Virus record (IMG/VR): IMGVR_UViG_3300046167_000780 | Length of the DNA: 64,000 nucleotides | Reading direction: 5' to 3' (one strand) | Source of the DNA: an uncultured virus (IMG/VR IMGVR_UViG_3300046167_000780) | Lineage: Duplodnaviria; Heunggongvirae; Uroviricota; Caudoviricetes; Demerecviridae | Shown here: positions 26,301-37,300 of the stretch, piece after piece | How the letters are laid out: each line of letters opens with the position of its first letter | How positions within the stretch are numbered: position 1 is the stretch's first letter | The notes under the pieces: generated by a model | Seen by the model: only the letters and a program-made list of their open reading frames with translations | What the model was told of the DNA's origin: nothing | The model's database searches: none | Made by a program: the position numbers and the translations under genes

Positions 26301-27727
26301 CAAAAGATAGAGATAAAAATAGAAAAGAACTTATAGATTTAGAAATAGACTTAGAACTTTTAAAGTTAGAGGTTCTTAGCGCAACCACTAAGCTAAACGA
26401 CGACCAAATAAAATTAGTAGAAAAATTACGTAGAAATTTAGAAAGTAGTAGAGAGAGTAGAAAATCGGCATCAGGAGTACAATCAGAGACAGATGAAAGG
26501 CAATCAGATGCAGATTTTTTAAAGTCAGGAGAAATGCTTAGAAATAAATTAAGGTCTATTGCTAAAACAGGAGACACTACTGCAGAACGCTTAGCAGGCT
26601 TAGGCACACAGTTTGAAATACTTGGAAGTAAGGGGTTAGATTCTTTTGCTATCCTTGATGAAGCCGGAAATGTAATAGGCGATAACTTTACCGCTAGAAT
26701 AGAAGCAGTAACTTCTGCACTTCAGCCCTTAATTCAGGCTTTTGCAGATTTAGGGCCCGAAGGTAAAGTAGCTCAAGCTTTTGCGCAGGGCATGGTAATG
26801 ATGGCAGAAAGTGCTGCAAGACTTGGCGATACTATTCAATCAGCTTTAGGACAAAAAGCTACCGAAAGTTTTGAGAATTTTACAACATCATTTGAAGCGG
26901 CTAGCTTTGCGGATAAGGCTAGAGTTGCAGCTGCTGCTTTTGCATTAGCTGCAAATTCAATTGCTGGACTAGCCAGCGCTCTAAAAGAACAATCCAATGC
27001 TGCTATATCAAAAATTGATGAACAAATAGAAAGAGAGAAAAAATTAGATGGTAAATCAGCTCAAAGTGCAGCAAAAATTAGAAAGCTAGAAGCAGACAAA
27101 GAAAAAATTAAAAGAAAAGCGTTTGAAACAGACAAAAAGCTTCGAGTAGCTCAAGCTATTATGAGTACTGCTGCTGGTGTTGCTTCGGCATTAACCCTTC
27201 CTCCCCCGTTAGGGTTTATAATGGCGGGTCTTGTAGCTGCTATGGGCGCCGCACAAATTGGAATTATTTCAGGGCTTTCGTACCAAGGAGGAGCCTCAGG
27301 AGCCCCAGAAGCGCCCACTTCAGTGAGCGTAGGTAAACGAAGCTCTAGCATTGATATGGCAAAATCTCAAGGAGGCGCAGGAGAGCTTGCCTATATGCGT
27401 GGTGGACGGGGTCAGGGCGGACCAGAAAACTTTACTCCGGCATTTGCAGGATACAAGAATCGAGCAGAAGGCGGAAACACTGCATTTATGGTAGGAGAAC
27501 AAGGACCGGAGCTATTTGTACCTGAAAGACCTGGACGAATTGTTCCTAATGATGATATTCAGCAAGGTACTCCAGTAAATGCAACAATTAATATTTCAGC
27601 AGTAGATGCAGCAGGCGTTGAAGATGTACTTATGAATCAACGTGGAAATATCATTAGTATGATTAGAGATGCTGCAAATGCACAAGGCAATACTTTCTTA
27701 GAAGAAATTAATGTAGCGGAGTTATAA
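23351..27727 (+). CDS. Tape measure protein (T5 pb2-like)
   Basis: 1458 aa helical, YATLAANVFALSAAF, KLEPEILDELGI, hydrophobic segments, C-terminal VGEQGPELFVP. Confidence 0.93.
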   Translation: MAANEVKLTIKVGDNGSLDVVAKKAKKAAKETEEVGKATDKTTKSRNRFNKGEKGVAGATNNSTKAFSKMRDSMTGGGGLVPAYATLAANVFALSAAFGVLQRAAQLEQLKQGFEVLANTAGRSANVIVSSIQQITDGAVSADSAFRTAAAGFNAGFSSLEIERLTKIAKTASQALGRNLTDSLDRLIRGTAKLEPEILDELGIFIRLDDAVKTYAENLNKTAGELTQAERRQAFLNSALEQGELKFGGLGDSIPANPFDKLAANFDKISKTFLTIVSTILGPVISVLANSTIALVGVLILFGNTITSQIFPVLENLGGKYATASQAAQKSAEDQVQAQKKLIKNSKKQFKETSPLNEKSRFALIQKKIRAKEKVDLAELKIAQDSLALSEEKRALNLSKYEGEILAKKQAELNLVRQQKVAVENLIAAEKGRGKFQVGASRAGRLKDLEQGVSDSVADIQNAGTLEGFKKARQGLKEYREDKVTLVRTTESFRTGNKKLDRMLKKIAISFRVGGVAARLFGTALINAIPVIGQIIFVLGLVISAFTSLAKSVFGPTEAMQKFNEVVSSSADKIKQLDEANDKLESKYYGVLISQEQAKKGVEKLTIARLEEIKATAENFANVEKYANTLKVTSGIVGEFADAVDGLAAEMRKEEEPGFLQSLVSYTTGGVFSAVQAAIRGIKSAFIALKEVLTDNIITKAFGMAVEALGTLGKKLFPELARGIDIAPVLNKTETFKSEVLNQFKELEQNAPAAAKAITDSLGVSFSDFVEQQFVGIDAAEDYNAAQKAFERGSIAVAGVLKKGAVETKKASDAIFNFGENVREAGTGLASFRNKFFKQGEFGDLAAKIKNTALEINNLRDATEREGSTTTFADALALKIKQGEINLGDYGVSFEEVKEKGGDAFANLINKFTSLDVKTREYKQSVSRLKAELANIDQIAAFEKIDNEVLDILEGLRETGTAAQLAGRGLKELTNVQARAKQDAKDRDKNRKELIDLEIDLELLKLEVLSATTKLNDDQIKLVEKLRRNLESSRESRKSASGVQSETDERQSDADFLKSGEMLRNKLRSIAKTGDTTAERLAGLGTQFEILGSKGLDSFAILDEAGNVIGDNFTARIEAVTSALQPLIQAFADLGPEGKVAQAFAQGMVMMAESAARLGDTIQSALGQKATESFENFTTSFEAASFADKARVAAAAFALAANSIAGLASALKEQSNAAISKIDEQIEREKKLDGKSAQSAAKIRKLEADKEKIKRKAFETDKKLRVAQAIMSTAAGVASALTLPPPLGFIMAGLVAAMGAAQIGIISGLSYQGGASGAPEAPTSVSVGKRSSSIDMAKSQGGAGELAYMRGGRGQGGPENFTPAFAGYKNRAEGGNTAFMVGEQGPELFVPERPGRIVPNDDIQQGTPVNATINISAVDAAGVEDVLMNQRGNIISMIRDAANAQGNTFLEEINVAEL

Positions 27728-28371
27728 TGCCTGTACAAAATACTTTACCAGATCCAAATAATCGCATAAATGCAGCAGGAGAAGACAGTTCGGGGTCCTA
27801 CGGTCCCGGCTTTTCTTCTGTGACTTTAACGTCTCAACAGCCTACAGTAATGAATCGCTCTAACTCGGGTCTTGCTTTTCGTAGTATAAACAAGTACCAA
27901 AAGTTCATGGTTGATATTAAATATAACTCGCTTACAAAAGCAGAGTTTAATGTAGTATACCCATTTCTTCTACAAAGACAAGCAAGCCTTGAAGCTTTCT
28001 TTGTTGAACTCCCTCAATACGGCAATACTTCGGCAGGTACAAAAAATATTACAGCTACTGCCGAAGCAGGGGTAGTAGAACTTACATTAAACAGCAATAC
28101 AAATATAAATATTGCAGATATGTTTTACATTACCGACCCAAATGATGATTCTCATGTAAAAACATACAAAGTAACAAAGATTAACAGCAATGTTATTACA
28201 GTTACTCCCCCTATTCAACGAAAGATAAATGTGAGTTTATCAGGTACAGAGCAGGCTAACTTTGGAACTCCTCGTATGAGAGTAGTAGTTCCAGGAAACG
28301 ATATTCAATATAGTGTTAATGCACAAGGACTTTACACTTTTTCAGTGAAATTAGAAGAGACACTTTCATAA
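27727..28371 (+). CDS. Distal tail protein (T5 pb9-like)
   Basis: LPDP...GPGFSSV N-terminus; directly after tape measure. Confidence 0.8.
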   Translation: MPVQNTLPDPNNRINAAGEDSSGSYGPGFSSVTLTSQQPTVMNRSNSGLAFRSINKYQKFMVDIKYNSLTKAEFNVVYPFLLQRQASLEAFFVELPQYGNTSAGTKNITATAEAGVVELTLNSNTNINIADMFYITDPNDDSHVKTYKVTKINSNVITVTPPIQRKINVSLSGTEQANFGTPRMRVVVPGNDIQYSVNAQGLYTFSVKLEETLS

Positions 28372-31300
28372 TGGCTTTACGTAATATATCACCTCAAATA
28401 AAAAATGCACTGGCAGACAATGATTCTTTGCTTGTATACCATCTTGTCAAATTTGAGAAGCCTTCTCAGCTTGCTCGTGAAGCGCAGAAAGTAACAGATT
28501 ATGTGTACTTAACTGATGCTCCTTATGAGGTAAAATACGACCCGGAGCACGACGAGAATCATGCTGATTATAACCCACAAACTTATACTCCAGGAGGTCT
28601 GTTAAAAGTAGGAAAAGTTCCTGAAAATACAGAAGCAAAGGCAACAAGTTTGTCTCTTACTCTATCTGCTGCAAAACTTGGTAAGCAGGCAAGCGCTATT
28701 TCTGTGACTAATAGTGCTATTTCTTCGGATGCTCAAGGAGTTTTAACTGTTGACTTTGATTTATTTAAAGCAGGATTTTATGCTGGCGATATAGTTAAAT
28801 TTACAAAAAGATCTGACTCAAGTGTATCTTTCAGGGCTAGGATAGATAGCTTATATGGTGAAGGAACAAAAGTTAAAGTTACAAACCTTGAAGACACTAC
28901 AATTGTTGCAAACTCTTCTATTTCTTTTGATATACGTTTTGACTCTTCCGAAGTAGATGCCCTAGTTGCTGGTGGAGTAGATAACTCAGGATCAGAAACA
29001 GTATTTTCTTCTGTAAGTTTTGATAATTACATAAACAGAAGTGTGACTATTTACAGAGTTTTTGCGGATCCTACAGACGGTACTCGTATAGGAACTCCGG
29101 TAGTTCTTTTTAAAGGAATTATTGCAAAAGGTACTCTAAACGAAAAAGCACAAGGTACTGCTACTGTTACTTGGTCTCTTACTAGTCATTGGGGAGATTT
29201 TGTACGTGTAAGCGGACGTATAACCTCTGATGAGTTTCATAGAGGAGTAGATAGTTCTGGTATTTCAAACGAAGACTCTGCTCTTCGTCCTGAGTATATT
29301 CATGACCTTGGCTTTATGCACGCAGATAGCTCTCTAAATGTTTTAGCCACATACACCGACCTTGCCTCTCGATATAAGCAAGTAAAGCGAGGCGGCTTAG
29401 CCGGCCTTATGGGAATGAAGAAACTAAAAGAGGAAAAGTATGAAGTAACTCGAGAAATGGATCTTTCTCTTAATCTCGATGCAAAATATATTCCTCTCGT
29501 CTACGGAGTCCAAAAAGTAGATTCCATTCCTGTATTTGCCGATGTTGTTATTACTCAAGATGCTAATTCTGCGGATAATGTTACTAATGGTAAAACTGAA
29601 CTATTTCAAGCTCAAGTTCTTTGTGAAGGCCCTATCGGGGGCGTTTATGATATTTATATGCAAGACAAAAGTCTGGTGTGTAGAGATAAAGCAGATAGCG
29701 ATGTAAGACTTGGAAGTGCAGATGATATTCCTTGCTTTGGACGAATGGATAGAGGGGACGTTTTAACAGGATCAAACTTATTCACAAACACTCCTATGAG
29801 TGAAATTCTTTACGGAAGTACGGAAGATTTAGAAAATACAGATATTTGGAGACATGATCCGAATGTAGTTATGCAACTTCCTCGTCTTTATGGACCTAAT
29901 GTAAACTTCCAAAATTCTACAACTGGTAAGAATGGAATACTACATGGTCAAAGTTTTCGTGCAACTCTTGCAAACGATATACAAATAACTGTTCACGCAG
30001 GAAGAGAGGATCAAGAAGCTAACCAAACTCTTTTAGGGTTGGCGAACTCTGTAGACTTTTTAGTACAACAGCAGTATTATCAAGACGATGCAAGCACGTA
30101 CTGGACAGCAAACCACAAGCTCTTAGATACTGCTTACGTTGTTACACGAGATAGTATTACAGCAGAAGATGGAAAAGCCCCAGACTTATCTTTTGTTGTA
30201 CGAGGAAAATTTATAGATTGCCATAATTATGATGGGTCTTATAGAATTTCTAATGGTCTACATACAAATTTTGCCTTGGGAGATACAGTTTCCATTACTT
30301 TAGCAGATGGAACCTCTTCTGGCGGTACTGCACGTATTGTTGATAAGTGGTCTTTCTTAAATGCTTTAAATTTAACAGAATATAGAATACGATTAGGAGA
30401 ATTTTCAAGTGCTACAACGGAAGCGTCTGTAGTAACAAATGGAGATGTAGGTAAGTTTAGTATTACAAAAGATTCTAACACAGTAACGTTTTTATCTCCC
30501 GAGTATTCTAATAATCCAAATGCTCCTGTATCTCCCACGGCGGAACTAGCCGCAGGGGGCTTTGTATTCACTGGGTCAAACTTTACAAATAAAAGTGTAC
30601 CTATTGAGAGAAAGATTACAAATGTTACTACGTATGAGCCTATTTATGTAAATACTGCAGACGGCCCTGAAATGATCGGGAATCAAGCAGTAATTAGGCA
30701 GAATTATAGATACACTCTTGATTTTTCTTCTCTGCCTACTTTTACCAAGGATGTTTTAAAGGTTGCAGGAGAAACATTCGCGCTTGTTGATTTAACACTT
30801 ACAGCTAATTCCTATACTACAACTATAACAGTTAAAACCGCAGATATTGATGCTTCTACTATGGAGTATATTGTGACGGGTATAGCAGGAGAGATGGAAG
30901 CTATATTCGGAACCCCCTCAAATGCCGCGGGTACTACGACTGTAACAGCGACAGGGTGTAACTTTGTTAACCGCTCTTTAATTACTCAAAATGCGTCAGA
31001 CTCTTTAGATCCTACAGACACAGAAGGGATAACTATAGAGCTAACAGAAGAAGATGTTGTTCCGCATGATTATAGTATACGTATGCCGTCTACTACAGTT
31101 CTTCGTACTTTCTGTAATACAAATAATATACTATGTTTAAATCGTGGTATACATACACGATTTACTATTGGAAACGTAAAATATAAGTATGGTGTACAAG
31201 GGTCTCATCTAGACATAGAGCAGTGGGGTGATTTTCGAGTTTCAACTAACCCTGCGATGCAAGTATTAGATTACTTAACGAACGATAGGTATGGAAAAGG

Positions 31301-34300
31301 TTTAAAACTAGGAGAAGACTTAGACACTACTTCTTTCAGAGAAGTTGCACGCTCTTGTGACACGCGTTCTGATGTAACTTTAATGTTTCCTAGTACAGTT
31401 TCTATTTCTGATACTGAGTCTTATCGTTACCCTGCCACAGGAGCTTTACTATGGGAAGGTAAAGTTAGTAACGTAAAATCAATCACATATAATGGCACAG
31501 GATATAAAGAAGTTACTTTTACTAACTGTATTGGTAAGTTGGGCAGAAAGTGGAATAATTGGTATGGTTACTCAACAAATGAACTTGTTTGGACAAAAAG
31601 AGGAAACTGGAAAATAGCAGCTTCTACCGGGGTTATGACTGATGAGCCTACTAGTGCCTCAACTGATACAATTAACTTAAGAAAATTAGGTAGTAATCCT
31701 GCAGTAGATATTGCTATAGATACGGCTTTAGCTACAAATATAGGCAACCCTTTTGTTAAGAAAGTCGAAAATGGAAATGTAATTAGTGGCTACTCTTTAT
31801 ATGATTCCGATGATGTCAAGTACTGGAAGTATGTAGGCTGGGATACTCCTGATCAAAGATTTGTAACACGCCATCAAACAAACATGACTATAGATACTTC
31901 GCAGTCTTTATTCGATAATGTTAATAGTATCTTGCGCCAGTTTAATGGTATACTGCGATTTGCAAACGGAACGTACTTTCTTGACCAAAAAGTAAAAGCA
32001 AAACCTATTTCAGACTTTACTTCAGATGAGATAATTACTGAAGACTTTATAGTGGGCGATATAAAAATAACAGATAAAGGAATTCAAAAAACTTTTAACT
32101 CTGTAAACGCCCAAATAATTGATCCAGCAAATAATTTTGAAGCTAGATCTATTGCTTTTTACAACTCTAATTATAAGAAACAGGATAAAGGAGTTCCTAG
32201 ACAAGGAAGCTACGAAGCGCCAGGTATTTCTAACTATTTCAATGCGCGAATGAATATTAAGCAAGTTCTTGATGAATCAAGGGCGGGGTTAGATATTTCT
32301 TTTACAATGGCCCCTCGCGGATATATGCTGCTTGCAGGAAATGTTATAGCTATTACTTATGATAAGTTTAACTGGACGAAAAAGCTTTTCCGTATCGAAA
32401 GTCTGAATACTCGAGATGACTTACTTGTAGATGTTGTTGCGAAAGAACACAACGATAACGCCTATGTAATTGAAGCTCCTGCATCGGACTTAGTAGCTTC
32501 TTATGCACAGGAATCCGGAGGCAAGCCTATTGTTAAAGTACGGGTTCCTACTTCTTTAACTGCTACTGATAACGGAGGAGGAGGAGTCCAATTATCGTGG
32601 ACTAATGCAAATAATTATAATGATGCTACTCATACAGTAGAAATTTGGAGATCTAATACTACTTCTATTTCAAACTCTTTTTTAATTGGTACTACTAAAG
32701 GTACAAAGTATACAGATCAAATATTAGAGACAGGAGCACAAACTCGTTACTATTGGATTCGATATTCTATAAGAAGTGTTAATTCTATTGGAAACCCAAT
32801 TACGCTACACTCAAAGTATGAGCCGCGTGCAAACACAACTGGTGTTGGTGGAGATGCGATATCTATTACAACAGATGAGCTAAATACTGGGGTTATTGTA
32901 ACTGATGGCGGAATTACCTTCCCTGACAGCCCAACAGGCACACCAACTATTAATGCGGGTATTACTTCTATCGGAGGAGGCAGTTCTGGGTTCTTTCTCG
33001 GGTATGATGGAACAAACCATGTATTTCAGGTAGGAGATCCCAGTGGTAATAATCTTAGCTTCGACGGCACAGATTTACGGCTAACAGGTTCTGAGTTTAG
33101 CGTTACTAGCTCTGGGAGTGCGGCACCTTCAATCAGTGGAACTACTATAGCAGGAAAAGGAAGTTTATTAAAAGCAGACGGAGATGTTCTGTTTGGGGAC
33201 TCTGCCGGCCATCATATTTTCTTTGACCAATCAGAAGGCACTATAACATTAGGTGGTGACGTAGTTACTGAAAATATAACTGCAGGAACAATAACTACGG
33301 ATAAACTTGCCGCTAATTCTATTACTGCAAATAAAATTGCTGCAAATAGTATTACTACAAACACTCTTGCCGCTAATGTTATTACTGCAAAGCATATTGA
33401 AGCAAGCTCAATTGTAGCATCTTTACTTACTGCAGCTACTATTCAATCAAATCACATTAAAGCAAACTCAGTAGTTTCTTCTTTGATTGATGCTGAAACA
33501 ATCACATCAAATCATATTAAATCAAACTCAATCGTATCAACAATTATTGATGCAACAACTATCAATGCTTCGGATATTACTACAAGCACTCTATCTGCTC
33601 TTACAGCAAACATGGGAGATATAACTGCAGGGACACTAAAAGGCGGTACTATTCCCGATGATATATTTACTAGAACCTCTAATCAAAATACTCCTACAGG
33701 TTCAGAAAGTGGCGCCTTTATGGATCTTACTGATGGTAAGATGCTATTCGGTAATACAAATAAGAACATTGTATTTGACGGATCAAACCTTGTATTATCG
33801 GGCGTAGTTATTGATGCAAACTCAGTTGTTAATGCTTCTGCAACTCCCGAGCTTATTGTACAGGAAGATGGATCAAATAAACTTACAACGGCAGATACTT
33901 TAAACTTTACTACCGGAATAGACGTTTCGGTATCAGGGACTACAGCAACAATATCAGCAGATAGTAGTGCTCTTGACCACGATAGCTTAGTAGGTTTTGT
34001 AGCTAATGAACACATTGATCACAGCGGAGTTACTCTTACTGCTGGAAACGGTCTTACTGGAGGCGGGGACATTACTGCTTCAAGGTCTTTTGCAGTAGGT
34101 GCAGGAACTGGTATTAGTGTAGCAGCGAATAGTATTAGTACAAATGATAGTGCTATTGTTCACGACAATCTTTCTGGTTTTGTAGCTAACGAGCATATTG
34201 ACCATAGTACTATATCTCTGACAGCAGGGGACGGTCTTACTGGGGGCGGAGATATAACTGGAGACAGAAGTTTTGCGGTAGACGCTACAGTTGTGCGTAC

Positions 34301-37300
34301 TTCAGCTGCTCAAACTATTGCTGGAGTAAAAACTTTCTCTAACGGAATAGTAGCTTCCGGAGGAATTTCAGGGCTTACACTTACGAGCGGCATTTCTGGA
34401 AGTAATTATAATATTACTGGAGTTAATGAGTTACAAATAAATGATCCTGGAGAGGGGATTAAATTTACTGCAGGAAGTAGCGGCAACATGGTTCTTGCAA
34501 TTGTAGATGATGCAAGTGATAATATACTTCGCTACAGCGGCACTAATGCAGTATTTGATGTTCAAGGCAATATAACTTTGAGCGGTACCGTAGACGGCCG
34601 TGATCTTGCAGCAGATGGAGGCAGGCTTGATGGTATGGCTGACAATGCAAATAACTACTCATTACCTACTGCTACTGCTTCTGCTCTTGGGGGTGTTAAG
34701 ATTGGCTCTGGAATTAATATTAATTCGGGAGTTATCTCTGCGGTTACTCAATCTGACGAAAACTTTACTACAAACTTAAAGGATAAGCTAGTAGCTGTAG
34801 ATAACAATGCAAATAATTATACACTGCCTACTGCGTCGTCTTCTGTTCTCGGAGGAGTTAAGATAGGCGCAGGTATCAACATAGACGTTAACGGAGCAAT
34901 TACAGCAAGTACTCAATCTGAAGAAAACTTTACTACAGCATTAAAGGATAAGCTAGTAGCTGTAGATGACAATGCAAATAATTATAGTCTTCCAGCAGCA
35001 ACCTCTACTGTACTAGGAGGAGTAAAAGATGGTGCTCGAGTTACAATTGACGTAAATGGAGTACTTTCTGCAGATGTACAAACTGCAAACGACTTTACCA
35101 CCGCGTTCAAGAATAAGTTAATAGCTATAGATGAAAATGCAAATAATTACTCACTTCCTACCGCAAGTACTACAGTACTTGGCGGAGTAAAGATAGGCTC
35201 AGGAATTAGCATTTCTTCAGGAGCTATCTCTGCAGACACTCAATCAGATGAAAACTTTACTACAAACTTAAAGGATAAGCTAGTAGCTGTAGAGGCAAAC
35301 GCTACTGCTGACCAATCAGCCTCTGAAATTCGTACTCTGTTAGGCACGGCCACAAGCAGTACTAGCGGACTTGTAAAAATTGGATATACTGAAAACAATA
35401 AAAACTATCCTGTAGAGCTTTCAAGCGGGCAGATGTTTGTAAATGTTCCTTGGACCGATAATAATACTACGTATACCGCAGGGTCTGGGCTTTCTTTATC
35501 GGGGTCTAATCAGTTCTCTGTGGATAGCACTGTAGTTCGTACAAGCGGTGCTCAGACAATTGCAGGAAATAAAACGTTCTCAAATAATGTTACTGTTACT
35601 GGTAACTTTACCGTAAATGGCACTACTACTACAATTAATACAGCTACTTTAACAGTTGAAGACAATATAATTGTTGTAAATAGTGGTCAAACAGGAACTC
35701 CGGGTACAAGCGTAACGGCCGGTTTAGAGGTAGAAAGAGGAGACTCTGACAATGTAAGATTAGTATATGCAGAAACAGGTCTTGGGCCAAATAGTGATCT
35801 AGCGGGTTGGAACTTTGGGAACACGAATGTAACTGCAGACACTTTTTATGGCGACTTTATAGGAGATATTGTAGGATCTCCCTCTAGTTTTGGGACTCTA
35901 ACAACTGATGACCTAATAGAAGGCGATAATAATCTTTATTACTTAGACTCTCGTGTTCGAGCAGCAATTTCAGGAGCTTCTGGTGGAGGTATTAGCTTTA
36001 CTTCAAGTAATGGTGAAATAGCTGTAGACAGCACCGTGGTTCGTACAAGCGGTGCTCAGACAATTGGAGGAGCAAAGACCCTCACTTCAAATTTAACAGT
36101 AGGCACAGGTACTGATAGCACTTATATTTTATTCCCAGATAAAGATGTACTAGACAATCCAACAGCAGTAGGAGATAAAAGAAAACTTATCGCTATGGGC
36201 AATGGCGGAAGCGGCGGTTTGTGGCAAACTACTGGACGCGGAGGCTTAATGCTCGCTTCCGCAGATGACTCTTTAATTCTTGCTTCCGGAGATGTAGGTA
36301 GAAGTTATGATCCTGATGCGGGAGGATATCATCCAAATCCTGATAATGAAGAAATTTATCTTCTAACTGATGGTAGCGTAAGATTCATGACAAATCTGCA
36401 ATCTGCATCGGCGTATAAGCAGTTTATCTTTGATAACTCCGGCAATGCGACTATACCTAATAATATTGTTGTCGGAGGTACAGTAGACGGTCGTGACCTT
36501 GCAACAGATGGAAGTAGGCTTGATGGTATGGCTGACAATGCAACAAATACAGCCGCTCCTGCAATTACAACTGATGGAAGCACTCCTTCTCTCGCAAGTG
36601 GAATTACTGCGGCAGAAGTACGAACTGCTATAGGAGCAGGCACATCAAGTCTTACTCTTGGTACTACGTCTACAACTGCACTTCGTGGTGATACTGCTAT
36701 TCCTACAGTGTATAATCCAGCTATTACTTTGAGCGCTGGAAACTCCGGTATCACAATGGATAGCGATAACTCCTTTACTCTTAACCAGTCAGGGGCCGAA
36801 ACTATTACAATTAGTCACGCAGATACTTCTTCGCAAGAATCTGTAGATAATAGTAGTGGTACTGTAATTCAAGATATTACTCTTGATACTTTTGGCCACA
36901 TTACTGGAATAAATAGTGTAAGCTTAGATGGCCGTTATTTTACTGAAACTGAATCAGATGCTCGCTACTTAAGAAAGGATTCTTACAACAGTAACTGGAC
37001 TCGACTTGGATACGGCACAAGTGGTGTAGCATACTGGCATAAATTAGCAAGAGTTACAATTAATGGTGCTTATAAAGACTATCAGCTACGTTGTGACTGG
37101 ACGGATCGTTATAATCATGGTACTTTAAACATTCATATACACTCAGATAACGATAGTACTGCAGATGTTTGGGATGCTTACATACAGCAGTTTGGAGAAA
37201 CAAACCAAAAGGCCCTTAGTGACTTTAAATATTATAAATCTGGCTCGATTGTAGACGTTTGGATTCGTACCGCAGGATGGAGAGAGTGGGATTACATTCG